Source: an uncultured Ignavibacteriales bacterium (lineage in GTDB: Bacteria > Bacteroidota > Ignavibacteria > Ignavibacteriales > Ignavibacteriaceae). Taken from it: DNA of 64,000 nucleotides. The notes under the pieces are model-generated. The model did not search any database, was not told the DNA's origin, and was given only the letters and a program-made list of their open reading frames with translations. The position numbers and the translations under genes are program-made. Of the stretch, positions 28,449 through 38,793 are shown piece by piece. Location: contig CAWIAG010000004.1 of the NCBI GenBank assembly GCA_963834015.1, positions 1,749,926 through 1,813,925 of the forward strand. Direction: 5' to 3'. Each line of letters begins with the position of its first letter. Positions within the stretch are counted from its first letter, which is position 1.

Positions 28449-29111
28449 ATGAGCAAAGTAATAAAATTCGGCGAGGATGTTGAAGGATATAACATCCCTG
28501 TATTAAATGAACGTGAAGTAAGGGCATCCGCTGGAATATTTTTTTTAGCTATGTTTATTTCATTAATGCTGGTAATATATAATAACAATTTTGTACCTAT
28601 AAAGTATCTTATAACTATATTTTTAACGGATTTTATAATCCGGGTTTTCATTAATCCAAAATTTTCACCATCATTAATAATCGGGCGCTTGATTGTCGGC
28701 AATCAATCCCCTGAATTTGTCGGCGCCCGGCAAAAAAAATTTTCCTGGATAATTGGAATAGTATTATCTTCCATAATGTTCATTTTCCTGGTAGTAGTAA
28801 ATGCATTCAGCCCTATTACTGGTATAATCTGCCTTACTTGCCTGATATTCTTATTCTTCGAATCCGCATTTGGTATTTGCTTAGGATGTAAGGTTTATTC
28901 AATGATCTATAAAGAAAAAGCTCAATATTGTCCGGGTGAAGTTTGTGACGTAAAATCAAGAAAAGATATTCAAAAAACTTCCGGGATTCAGTTATTGATT
29001 GTTTTCGGGTTTATTATATACATTTTACTTGCCGCATTTTTATTCAGTAGTAATTTTAATAAGAAACCATATGATTTGTTTGGAATTTATAAATCCGCAC
29101 AAACTAAATAG
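28449..29111 (+). CDS. Integral membrane protein (DUF4395-like)
   Basis: 220 aa with four hydrophobic segments and a C-terminal FGICLGCKVY motif. Assigned from memory of the family consensus. Confidence 0.55.
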   Translation: MSKVIKFGEDVEGYNIPVLNEREVRASAGIFFLAMFISLMLVIYNNNFVPIKYLITIFLTDFIIRVFINPKFSPSLIIGRLIVGNQSPEFVGARQKKFSWIIGIVLSSIMFIFLVVVNAFSPITGIICLTCLIFLFFESAFGICLGCKVYSMIYKEKAQYCPGEVCDVKSRKDIQKTSGIQLLIVFGFIIYILLAAFLFSSNFNKKPYDLFGIYKSAQTK

Positions 29112-29341
29112 TATAAATTTTATTTTAGCCTGTAGTTTTATTTATTGCATTTCATCCCTTTTAGGAATGGTATTTTTAGAAGGAAATCATTTTGGAATAA
29201 TCCAACTTGCGTAAAACCGGTTGGTCTTCAGCTTGCAGATTCCTCTTTTAATTTGCCTTACAGATTTGGTAAAAATTATATTATGTTAGAATTAGATAAT
29301 GAAAATTAGATATAAGAAATACTAATCAGGAGTTAAAGTAT

Positions 29342-29518
29342 ATGGATGTTAAAATTGAAAATGGTAAATTAACTATAGTAATTGATTTGCAGGAACCGAC
29401 ACCAAGCGCCTCCGGGAAAACATTGGTTGTTGCAACAACACACGGAAATACGCCTACAAAATGTTTAATTAATGGCAAGCCTGTAGTTATAGGATTGAAT
29501 GCTTATATTAAGAAATAA
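29342..29518 (+). CDS. Small conserved-looking hypothetical protein (58 aa; below the ORF-track cutoff)
   Basis: An AGGAG RBS lies 9 nt upstream of the ATG. The product, MDVKIENGKLTIVIDLQEPTPSASGKTLVVATTHGNTPTKCLINGKPVVIGLNAYIKK, is non-low-complexity. Confidence 0.4.
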   Translation: MDVKIENGKLTIVIDLQEPTPSASGKTLVVATTHGNTPTKCLINGKPVVIGLNAYIKK

Positions 29519-29694
29519 ATTACGTAAGGTTTTTATGGGAAGGGTCTGGTGCATAATAATGTATAAGTACAGTACAGACTTACCCTTATATATATCCTTG
29601 TTCCTATCCGCTTCGAGAGGGAAATTAATATTGTATTGCGTGGTGAAAAAGGCTCTTAAAAAGGCGGAATATTTTAGTTAAAATATTAAGCCTT

Positions 29695-30804
29695 TTATTT
29701 AAACATAGTTGAAATTACTTCAGGATTACCATGCTCAGGGACAAACGGTAAACCAAGGAATGCTGCTATTGTGGGTGCAACCTGCTTGTTGTAAAGCTGA
29801 CTTTTGCTTTGAACTTCACCAAGCGGTGGAGTGTCCGGTCCGATGACGGCCAGCCACGTTTCCCCTGATTCGGGAATACTTGCTCCGTGCTCCATCCAGT
29901 TCCGTTTAAAGTGATCGCCCCTGCCGTGATCACATAACAAAATTAGTGTGGTTTTATCTTTGTACTGCGGGTCAGATTGTAAAAACCTCCAGAGCTCTGC
30001 AATACACCTGTCGGAAGCATGTACCTGCTCCAAATAATAATCATACAATCCCCGATGAGCTAAATCGTCTGTGCCGTCAAATCCGAGAAAGGCGACACGC
30101 GGATGATATTCTTTTATGTATTCAAATCCTATGTAGTAAGTTAACAGATCCTCACGCACATCGCCGCCGAGAAAATGCGGATCCCCGGATTGTATTTGAT
30201 TAAGCAATTTCATTTCCGGCGACAATTGTTTGCCCGGTATAGCTAACTGTTCACTGCCGCTGTTTATTAAAAGCTTAGAGCGTTCCCTGTTAAGAATTGA
30301 CGGGAATACATCCCATGAAGTAAATACGACAACCTGATCCTTAAAGTCTTCCTGCTGATTTATGAATTCCAAAACATTCTTGTTCGGGTTAAGATTTTTA
30401 TGGTTGCTGTTTATATTAGTATCAGGGTAACCGGTAAACATTTCATTATATCCGGGATATGAAAACTGATACCTGTTTGCTACATTAACAAAGTTCCCGG
30501 TTGTGCGGTTCCCGTACAATTGTCCATCAACAGCAATTACATTCCAAAAAAATGGCAATAATTTTTTACGACTTTTTTCGGGAGTGGATGCGCCGAACAA
30601 GTACTTAATGTCTTCGGGTTCCTTTGTGAAATTTTTATTATTGGCTATAGCAGTATCAATTCCTCCAAATAATTCCTGCCATCGGAAACCATCCAGTGTT
30701 ATAATAATAACATTTTCCGTCCGCCTGTTTTGAGTTTGAGCGGAAGATAAAGAAATACCAATTACTGTGGCTAATAAAACGAAATATATTTTTGTTTTTT
30801 CCAT
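29695..30804 (-). CDS. Secreted alkaline-phosphatase-superfamily enzyme (type I phosphodiesterase / nucleotide pyrophosphatase-like)
   Basis: Signal peptide, then IIITLDGFRWQE (the metal-ligand Asp/Thr region of the PF01663-like family) and a downstream DHGRGDH metal site. Confidence 0.7.
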   Translation of the reverse strand: MEKTKIYFVLLATVIGISLSSAQTQNRRTENVIIITLDGFRWQELFGGIDTAIANNKNFTKEPEDIKYLFGASTPEKSRKKLLPFFWNVIAVDGQLYGNRTTGNFVNVANRYQFSYPGYNEMFTGYPDTNINSNHKNLNPNKNVLEFINQQEDFKDQVVVFTSWDVFPSILNRERSKLLINSGSEQLAIPGKQLSPEMKLLNQIQSGDPHFLGGDVREDLLTYYIGFEYIKEYHPRVAFLGFDGTDDLAHRGLYDYYLEQVHASDRCIAELWRFLQSDPQYKDKTTLILLCDHGRGDHFKRNWMEHGASIPESGETWLAVIGPDTPPLGEVQSKSQLYNKQVAPTIAAFLGLPFVPEHGNPEVISTMFK

Positions 30805-31099
30805 GGTTATTATAATATCTATCTAAAAATTAATAAGTAAAAAATGTTACACAAAATCAGATGAATTTTATGTTCGACATAAAGAAGTTCATGAAACTAT
30901 TGTTTAAATAAAATAATCTACATAATGACCTCAAGGCCGGAGCAGTAAATACCTAATCCCCAGCTTAAACCTGCTCGTCTTCCCGTGCAGGCAGGCAGAA
31001 GCCGGGGATACTAAAAAAATAATTGTCAAACAATCCCTGAAGATTACAACGATAAATATATTAATACGGCGAAACAGCGTTCCGCAGTACAAGAGCTTT

Positions 31100-32902
31100 T
31101 TATATATCGGATTTTGGGGCTTCCTCTTTCAGCTTGTCGTGGACCATCATACCGATGAGAACATTCATTATTGATCCGTCACCGTCTGCACCGCCTCCTG
31201 CAATAATATCCGGCACCCATTTATTTGCACTTCCGGCCAGGTTCTTAGAGACTTCTATTGCTGCGTAATTGCTTGACTGCATCGATTTAATTTTTAAGGT
31301 AATTACATCTGCTTCAGCCGTACCAACCGCTTTAATTTTCTCTCCCTCAGCGGCGCCTACTATCTTGAGGACGGTAGCATCCGCTTCTGCGTTAATAGTT
31401 TTTGATTTAGCTTCACCTTCGGCTTTTTTTATTGCTGCCTGCGCCGCGAAATCATTTATCTGAACCGTACGCTCAATGCTGACGACGTTTGCCTGTGTAT
31501 CCGCCATTGCTTTAGCCTGCTGAAGATCTTTTCTTGTTTCTTCGGCTAGCCGTTGTGTGTCATACGTAATTTTTTCCTGCTCGGCTATTTTCCGGTCAGT
31601 CAGGGTTTTCATCAGTTCCGCAGGAGGTGTAATATCTCCTATTAGAGTATCAACGGCGTTCACATTATAGTCGATAAGCGCTTCACTAATTGAAGCCTTT
31701 GCCTCTGACTGCCGTTCACTACGTTTTTTTAAAAAATCAATTACATCAGACCGTTGGGCAGCATTGCGGAAGTAATTTCCGATAGTGGGTTCGAGAACCT
31801 GAGTAACCAGGTTGGGCATATTTCCAAACCGGGCAATTACTTTTGGCGCATCGTTTCGTGGTATGTGGATGATTTGACTTACGTCAAGGTTGAAGGTAAA
31901 TCCGTCAAAGGACCTGACTGTGATAGTTGATAGTTTCTCATCCAGCTTATGAGCTTCGCTTTTATTTGTAGCCCAATTAAGGACAACATTTGCCGTAGGA
32001 ACAATTTCAACCTTGTGAGTGTATGGATTTATAGGATATTTCCCGGGATCCAGGGGCTCAATCCAAACGCCTTTTTGGCTTTTTGAGACAAGATTACCAT
32101 GTTTGAAAGTATCTCCTGTTACATCCTTACCTTCTTCTCCTACATAGGCGATGACAACACCGACATTAGCAATTGGTACGTCCGTCATTGGTTTCTGTTC
32201 AACTGTAGCGAACTTAGGGTTCAAGAAATAACGGCCCGCAAGAATAACCTGTTCCTGCAAACCTTTGTAGCCGCCGTTTGTTATAAATGTTTCCGGATCC
32301 TGATACATATTGTGCCCGGGAATTTCCTTGCCGGCAATTTCCCCTGTTGGTAGCGGTTTCCCGTCTTTTGTAGTTACAACACCGACCATATTGTCGGGAA
32401 TTTCAACTACATCCTCGGTATAAACTGTAAACAATGATGTATTAATCCTGTATGTACCGGGAGGTATAATAGAAATCTGGGGACCACGCTCGCCGCCGTT
32501 TTCAATAAAGGCACGTGCATCCTGGAAAGATTTACATTCCACTGTTCTAGCAAGGACTCTACCGCCGGAAAGTGGTTTACCATCACGTGCCTCAACAGTT
32601 GCGATTTGGTTTCGCTCGACAGTAATAAATTTTTGCAGCTTAATAATATATTGCCAAGGCCACAACCAAAAGTGAATTCCGGGAGCGAGAGTGTCTGCCT
32701 GAAGCCCTGCTTCACCCTTTAAGGCGATGATCGCCCCGTCAGGGAGTGTCCTGTTCCTGCCAAGCAGAACCCATTTTTTGTTAACAATGCCGATTGAATC
32801 TTCCGGAACCAATACTACTCCAAACAGTCTTAGTACCAGTTTATTTGCTATTAGAATTATTATGATTAATAATACCCACCAAAAACTCAATACTGTATCC
32901 AT
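31100..32902 (-). CDS. Flotillin-family SPFH/band-7 protein (FloT/YqiK-like)
   Basis: N-terminal TM segment, an SPFH domain, and a long Ala/Glu/Lys-rich coiled-coil tail (AEADATVLKIVGAAEGEKIKAVGTAEADVITLK). 600 aa. Confidence 0.8.
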   Translation of the reverse strand: MDTVLSFWWVLLIIIILIANKLVLRLFGVVLVPEDSIGIVNKKWVLLGRNRTLPDGAIIALKGEAGLQADTLAPGIHFWLWPWQYIIKLQKFITVERNQIATVEARDGKPLSGGRVLARTVECKSFQDARAFIENGGERGPQISIIPPGTYRINTSLFTVYTEDVVEIPDNMVGVVTTKDGKPLPTGEIAGKEIPGHNMYQDPETFITNGGYKGLQEQVILAGRYFLNPKFATVEQKPMTDVPIANVGVVIAYVGEEGKDVTGDTFKHGNLVSKSQKGVWIEPLDPGKYPINPYTHKVEIVPTANVVLNWATNKSEAHKLDEKLSTITVRSFDGFTFNLDVSQIIHIPRNDAPKVIARFGNMPNLVTQVLEPTIGNYFRNAAQRSDVIDFLKKRSERQSEAKASISEALIDYNVNAVDTLIGDITPPAELMKTLTDRKIAEQEKITYDTQRLAEETRKDLQQAKAMADTQANVVSIERTVQINDFAAQAAIKKAEGEAKSKTINAEADATVLKIVGAAEGEKIKAVGTAEADVITLKIKSMQSSNYAAIEVSKNLAGSANKWVPDIIAGGGADGDGSIMNVLIGMMVHDKLKEEAPKSDI

Positions 32903-33123
32903 ACTATATTTTCCTCCTATTTTTTTGAGCCGGTTAAAGATTTTACGTGGAGCTAAAGAGTTGACAACGTAAAATAAATAAGAAATAAAACGAAATCAAG
33001 ATAAGCATTAAATTATAGTTTTGGCTCTATTATTTTACGACCTTTTTACTTTAATTGTAACTGTTCATTAAGAATTGTTTGCTCTTTAATTTAAAATATA
33101 ATTACATAACTATTCAGAGTGTA

Positions 33124-34017
33124 ATGGAAGGTATTGTTTTCGATATTCAAAGGTTTTCACTACATGACGGCCCAGGGATAAGAACAACAGTGTTTCTAAA
33201 AGGCTGCCCGCTGCATTGTGTATGGTGTTGTAACCCGGAATCGGTTAAAAACTCGCCTCAATTGGCTTTTATCGAAAAGAACTGCAGTATGTGCAGGAAC
33301 TGCATTACGGCGTGTAAAGAAAATGTATTTTCTTTTTGCGGCGAGAACCTGAAAACCGATTTCTCAAACTGCAATTTGTGCGGAGACTGTATAGAAGCAT
33401 GTGATACAGGAGCATTAAAATTATTCGGCTATAGGGTAAGTGCAGATGCCGTTATTGCCGAGGTTATTAAAGATATTAGTTTTTATAATAATTCCGGCGG
33501 CGGCCTGACGCTTTCAGGCGGTGAACCGCTAGCACAACCGGACTTTGCGATTGAAATTCTTGAAGGTGCAAAGAAATATAATATCCATACCTGTGTTGAG
33601 ACTTCAGGTTTTGTAAATAAAAATTTAATTTTAAAAACTATACCGTTTATCGATATGTATTTATTTGATTTTAAAATTGCATCCGAATCCATGCATCAAA
33701 AATATACAAGTGCCGGCAACAGAATGATACTTGAAAATTTAGAGCTATTAATTAAAAACGGATGCTCTCTTATTCTCCGGTGCCCCATTGTCCCGGGGAT
33801 AAATAATGATGAAATGCATTTCAAAAGCATTGCGGAATTATCAAGGAAATATCCCGGGCTTAAAGGTGTTGAGCTTATGCCTTACCATAACTGGGGCATA
33901 GATAAATATAAACAAACAGGAGTGGAACCTGATTTTAAATTCGGATCAGGAACGAAAGAAGATAAACAAGTTTGGATAAAAAAAATTAGTTCATTCGGCG
34001 GGAAAAATATTTATTAA
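33124..34017 (+). CDS. Glycyl-radical-enzyme activating enzyme (radical SAM, with two auxiliary ferredoxin-like 4Fe-4S motifs); tool ORF starts at 33079
   Basis: Canonical GRE-activase N-terminus FDIQRFSLHDGPGIRTTVFLKGCPLHCVWCCNPES (CX3CX2C). Also CSMCRNCITAC and CNLCGDCIEAC (Cx2Cx2Cx3C) and the LSGGEP SAM motif. Confidence 0.85.
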   Translation: MEGIVFDIQRFSLHDGPGIRTTVFLKGCPLHCVWCCNPESVKNSPQLAFIEKNCSMCRNCITACKENVFSFCGENLKTDFSNCNLCGDCIEACDTGALKLFGYRVSADAVIAEVIKDISFYNNSGGGLTLSGGEPLAQPDFAIEILEGAKKYNIHTCVETSGFVNKNLILKTIPFIDMYLFDFKIASESMHQKYTSAGNRMILENLELLIKNGCSLILRCPIVPGINNDEMHFKSIAELSRKYPGLKGVELMPYHNWGIDKYKQTGVEPDFKFGSGTKEDKQVWIKKISSFGGKNIY

Positions 34018-34142
34018 TTGGCGTATAGGTGAAAATTGGTTCAATCATGGTGTTTTATTAAAATTAATATTGTATGATGCTTCGCTTATAATTATTTAAT
34101 TTTAGCCTGCATAAACAAATTAACAATAAGTAATTTATTTGT

Positions 34143-36389
34143 ATGATTACTGCAAACGATTTAGCTGTTTTACTCACGGAGATGACGCGTGTTTATAGGG
34201 AAAACACAAATAATAAATATATGCGCGAAGCTGCATTTCTGAAAGTTCAACAAAAGGCATTGTTCACTCCTATAGAAAAAGACGATTTATTTGTTGGGAG
34301 AACGAAGCAATTACCGATTGGATTTTTACCACAGTCCGATGAAGGGTCCCTTGGTTATTATATCCATCCCGTTGCAATTAAACAGCTTTTGGACGATCCC
34401 GTTCTGACTGCCGGGAACCAAGTAAAGCTTAAGGAAATTGAACAATTCTGGAATGAAAACTCCACAGTAACAAAAGCCAAATCGGCTTTCACCACGGATA
34501 TGATGAAAGCGCTGCCGAGCGACATGTATACCACAGAATCAGGTATAGCTTTTACATTATGGAGAATGAGCGGAGTTCAATTAGATTATGCAAAATTAGT
34601 CAGGCTTGGGATACCGGGTTTAAGGGATGAAATAAGAAAACGAAACTTAAACGCAGTCCCCGGTACGGAGCGATGGAATTTATACCAGTCAATGCTGAAG
34701 GCTCTTGATAACCTGGTTGAATTATGCCAAAGTTATTCGAACGAAGTACGCAGGTTATATAAAGACGAGACCGATACCGGCAGGAAAAAAGATTTAGCTG
34801 AGATGGAGCGCATCCTTCATAAATTACCTGAATCAAAGCCCGGGAGTTTCCGTGAGGGGATTCAATTAATTTATATTTATAATGCCGCGGACGGAGCCAG
34901 AAATTACGGCAGACTGGACAATGCACTGGCTGATTTATACTGCACGGATATTGAAAAAGAAATTATCGACAAGGAAGAAGCAATCCGGCTGCTTTCCGGT
35001 ATGTGGCGGCTTATTATAGACCGCGGCTACAGGTATGACAGCAGGATAATAATAGGAGGCAAAGGAAGGTTTAATGAAGAAAAAGCAAATGCCCTTGCCG
35101 TGACGATTATAGAAACTACACGCAGAGTAAAAGATATAGTGCCGCAATTGGCTTTGCGCTTCAATAAAAATCAAGACCCGGTTTTGTATAATATGGCACT
35201 GGATATTATAGGCGAAGGCAACCCTTACCCGATGCTGTATAACGACGATGTTAACATCCCGTCAGTTATGGAATCGTTTGACATCCCGGAAAATGAAGCC
35301 GAACATATTATCCAGTTCGGGTGCGGCGAATATGCGCTCGACCATAGAAGCGTAGGTACACCAAGCGGGGTGATAAATTTACTTCAGGCGCTGAACGTTA
35401 CAATTAATAATGGGATTGATCCCGTTACACAAAAACTAATGGGCATGCCGACAGAGCGGTATACAAAGTACGGCGAGTTTGAAACGTTTGATGACCTTCT
35501 AAAAGCTTATAAAGAACAGGTTGAATATCATGTGGATTTTCTTGCCAAACATGAAGAACTTGAATATTTGTATGCGGGAAAAGATGCAGCATACTTATAC
35601 TCAAGTATGCTGATGGATGACTGTATTGAAAGAGGAAAAGGAATTTATGAAGGAGGGATCAGGTACCTGGGAGGGACGCTTGAATCCTACGGCAACAGCA
35701 ATACGGCAGATGCTCTTACCGCAATAAAAAAATTAGTTTACGATGAAAAAATCCTTTCAATTTATGAATTAAAGAGCTGCCTTCAGGCAAATTTTTCCGG
35801 CTATGAGCGCATTCAGAAAAAAATGTTAAACTGCCCTAAGTACGGAAATGATAACGAAACGGCAGATAACATGTTGCTTGAAGTGCATAACCATTTATGC
35901 AATTATACATTAAAGCAAAAACACAGCACATCTCTTCATTCATATCTCGTGGTTGTTATAAATAACGATGCAAATACTATCATAGGCGAACATACATCAG
36001 CGTCGGCGGATGGGAGAAAAGCATTTGCTTATATGAACCCGGGCAATGCCCCTGTGGACGGGATGGACAAAAACGGAGTTACTGCATTCCTGAATTCTAT
36101 TGTTAAACCGGATACGCGGATACATGCAGGAGCAGTGCAAAATATGAAATTTTCAAAAGAAATGTTTTCAGAGTACCGGGATAAATTAGAAATTCTGCTG
36201 GCAACGTACTGGCAAAACGGCGCTGCCCAGGCAATGCTTACGGTTGTAGGGCGTAACGACCTTGAGGCTGCTATGGAACACCCGGAACTTTATCAAAACC
36301 TTTTGGTACGTGTGGGAGGCTTTAGCGAGAGATTTGTCAATTTACCACGGCACACTCAGCTTGAAATATTGAACAGAACTTTGTACTGA
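34143..36389 (+). CDS. Glycyl radical enzyme (PFL-family; eliminase-type GCxE active-site loop), substrate unknown
   Basis: 748 aa. C-terminal glycyl-radical motif VRVGGFSERFVNL about 30 aa from the end. Mid-protein Cys loop QFGCGEYALDH (Cys plus Glu at +2, as in the glycerol/propanediol dehydratase, CutC and HypD class). Adjacent dedicated activase. Confidence 0.75.
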   Translation: MITANDLAVLLTEMTRVYRENTNNKYMREAAFLKVQQKALFTPIEKDDLFVGRTKQLPIGFLPQSDEGSLGYYIHPVAIKQLLDDPVLTAGNQVKLKEIEQFWNENSTVTKAKSAFTTDMMKALPSDMYTTESGIAFTLWRMSGVQLDYAKLVRLGIPGLRDEIRKRNLNAVPGTERWNLYQSMLKALDNLVELCQSYSNEVRRLYKDETDTGRKKDLAEMERILHKLPESKPGSFREGIQLIYIYNAADGARNYGRLDNALADLYCTDIEKEIIDKEEAIRLLSGMWRLIIDRGYRYDSRIIIGGKGRFNEEKANALAVTIIETTRRVKDIVPQLALRFNKNQDPVLYNMALDIIGEGNPYPMLYNDDVNIPSVMESFDIPENEAEHIIQFGCGEYALDHRSVGTPSGVINLLQALNVTINNGIDPVTQKLMGMPTERYTKYGEFETFDDLLKAYKEQVEYHVDFLAKHEELEYLYAGKDAAYLYSSMLMDDCIERGKGIYEGGIRYLGGTLESYGNSNTADALTAIKKLVYDEKILSIYELKSCLQANFSGYERIQKKMLNCPKYGNDNETADNMLLEVHNHLCNYTLKQKHSTSLHSYLVVVINNDANTIIGEHTSASADGRKAFAYMNPGNAPVDGMDKNGVTAFLNSIVKPDTRIHAGAVQNMKFSKEMFSEYRDKLEILLATYWQNGAAQAMLTVVGRNDLEAAMEHPELYQNLLVRVGGFSERFVNLPRHTQLEILNRTLY

Positions 36390-36411
36390 CAGCCCGCATT
36401 TCGTGTAATTA

Positions 36412-38256
36412 TCAGATGGTTTTTATGTAATCCAATACGTTTAGCAAGGCAAGATAGTTATCTACCAAAAAACCTTCATAACCCCAACATTCGTTTTTCC
36501 ATGTTTTCCAGTCTTTTGTCATTTCACTTCCGCTGCAGTATCCCTGAAATGCATTTGTTTTATAGCTTTCAAGCAGCGGGAATAATATTTCTTCGGCTTC
36601 ACGGTGCATATTTAATTTGAAAAGTGCATGAATAGTATAATACACGTAACATCCACTGGCGCCCCCGTTTTCATATACCTGAAAATTCTGATAGCCGTAA
36701 CGCGGATTCTGGTCGGTGTAATCCTTATCTGCGATTGGAACCAGGTTGCCGGGCAATCCCAGTCGGAAATCCGTAAAGCCGACTTGCTTCATTTTACCGA
36801 GTAGTGTCAGCATAATTTTTTTAGCTTCTTCCATACTAATAAGATCATAACAAACGGCAACACTGTTAACAAAGGTAAAATAATAATCATGCAATTGCCC
36901 GTCTTCACTGCGCCAGCCTGCCAGAATTCCCGTTTCGGGATTATAAAATTTTGAAAAGTATTGGCTCTTAAGTTTATTTGCAAAAGCTGCAAAGTAAAGG
37001 CTGTCTCCAGAATATCCAAGCGTTTCTGCAACATCTGCCAGTAAAGTTAAAGCTTTGTAAGCCAGGGCGTTCGAATAAGCGTCATCATGCCCGAAACCGA
37101 TTGTATCCCACCAGTTTGCCGGCCGTTTAAAATCTTCTTTGCTCCAGCTATTGGAATTCCCCGAATATCCGTATTCAATAATCCCGTCATGATTTCTATC
37201 TGTGGCAATCATGCCTGCAGCCCAATCCTTAACCGCGTTATAGTTTTGTTTTGCCCAATCGTTATCTTTTGTATCCATGATATAATAACACGCTGAAATA
37301 ATAAGTGAAGGAGCGCTGTCCGATGAATCGAATTTACTTTTCCATACATCGCCTTTATAACCAACCTGTCCGTAGGCTTTCATTCCACCGATATATTCAT
37401 CCAGTGAATTCCTGACAAGATCCATAGCGCCGACGCCTTTTACAAGTTCGGGAGTATGCCGCGCCATTTCTGCATAAATAAAAACCGTAAATGCACATGC
37501 GTCGCTTGCGGAATTATTGGCAAGGCTCCGTATGCGCGGGTTTAATTGGAAAATATTAATATAATTGCGCTTGAAACCGTCAAACCTTGAATCGTTTTTT
37601 ATTTTATCAATAACAGGATAAACAGCAACAGGATCAAAGCGATAAGTAATATCCGGATGATCAATAGAGGCCGGAGAAAAAACTAATTTTACATAAGGGT
37701 CTTTAACGTCGCGGTCTGCATCATAATAAACGTTTGCGCCGGGGTCGCTACAGTAAATACGAAAACTTCCCAGTCCCGGGAAATGCAATAAGCATGGAAA
37801 ATTTACAATGTTTTTCCCGGGCATTATTCCCAACATGGTACAGTGATTTGTTTTATGTGAAAATGTGATTGAAAAGGGAAGGAAATTTTCTTTTTTATTG
37901 TACCTTGTACGGATACTAAAAGTATGAGGGTGCATAATAAATTGCCAATCAGGTATATCTCCCCGGCTACCTTTTGAAAGGTATGATATGCTATCTGACT
38001 TTACAATACTTTCATAATTTATTTCAGGTTTTTGACCTTTTAATAATAAAAGGTTTTCCGGGAATTGCCTGCTGCCTAAACTATCAGCGGAGAAAAAAGA
38101 TAACTCAGGGCGGGCTCTTAATAATTGTAATTTAAAGAAAGGTGACTTATAAGTGAAATCCTTTCCTGTATCCGGCAAAAATGCTAAAGGTGTTGGTATT
38201 CCGGCAGCAATAGCAGCCAGTGCAGTCTTTTGAATAAATTGACGGCGCGAAATCAT
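36412..38256 (-). CDS. TAT-exported hypothetical protein (614 aa), possibly (alpha/alpha)6-barrel glycosidase-like C-terminal domain
   Basis: Twin-arginine signal MISRRQFIQKTALAAIAAG. Aromatic- and acid-rich C-terminal half (WWDTIGFGHDDAYSNALAYKAL). No confident family assignment. Confidence 0.65.
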   Translation of the reverse strand: MISRRQFIQKTALAAIAAGIPTPLAFLPDTGKDFTYKSPFFKLQLLRARPELSFFSADSLGSRQFPENLLLLKGQKPEINYESIVKSDSISYLSKGSRGDIPDWQFIMHPHTFSIRTRYNKKENFLPFSITFSHKTNHCTMLGIMPGKNIVNFPCLLHFPGLGSFRIYCSDPGANVYYDADRDVKDPYVKLVFSPASIDHPDITYRFDPVAVYPVIDKIKNDSRFDGFKRNYINIFQLNPRIRSLANNSASDACAFTVFIYAEMARHTPELVKGVGAMDLVRNSLDEYIGGMKAYGQVGYKGDVWKSKFDSSDSAPSLIISACYYIMDTKDNDWAKQNYNAVKDWAAGMIATDRNHDGIIEYGYSGNSNSWSKEDFKRPANWWDTIGFGHDDAYSNALAYKALTLLADVAETLGYSGDSLYFAAFANKLKSQYFSKFYNPETGILAGWRSEDGQLHDYYFTFVNSVAVCYDLISMEEAKKIMLTLLGKMKQVGFTDFRLGLPGNLVPIADKDYTDQNPRYGYQNFQVYENGGASGCYVYYTIHALFKLNMHREAEEILFPLLESYKTNAFQGYCSGSEMTKDWKTWKNECWGYEGFLVDNYLALLNVLDYIKTI

Positions 38257-38793
38257 ATTTCACCTATTTTAAGAATTTAAAAAAATAGAATTAAACGTCC
38301 TTTCCGGCCAGGGAACCTGGTTGTCCGGACATTATTTTAAAACCATAAGTAATTATAACAAAAAGAAAATGATGATTCAGTTTTAATTCAGACTGAAATC
38401 TAGTCAGTCAAAGTTAATCAGATTCCATAATATATTTCAAAGTTATGAATAGGGAAGCGCCATTTTAAACAGAGTCTTTAAAACGAAGTGTTATTTATAA
38501 AACGGATGAACCTCACTTGATTAGGCTAACATTCATTTTCAGAGATTTTTATGCAGATTAGTTTTCTTATAAAAGTATATTTAAGTTTAGAATTATTATA
38601 CCAGCGCTATTCTCCTTCATTCAACTCAATACTTAACCCTGCCCGGTAATCAGAATACGGATAAGCCGGCAATATTTGCAGATTATTATTTCCTGGAGGC
38701 TATTAAAAGATACCTGGCTTTATAGAGAAAAAAAACGGGAACGGGAGACCGGATATTTAAATCGAATGAGACATTCAGGATTTATTTACGTTA

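Noticed and set aside
36389-36412. Convergent GRE and TAT-protein genes only 22 bp apart, considered as a possible overlapping antisense regulation finding
   Set aside because: Spacing is tight but the stops do not overlap, and no hairpin was seen. Insufficient evidence for anything beyond compact convergent genes.
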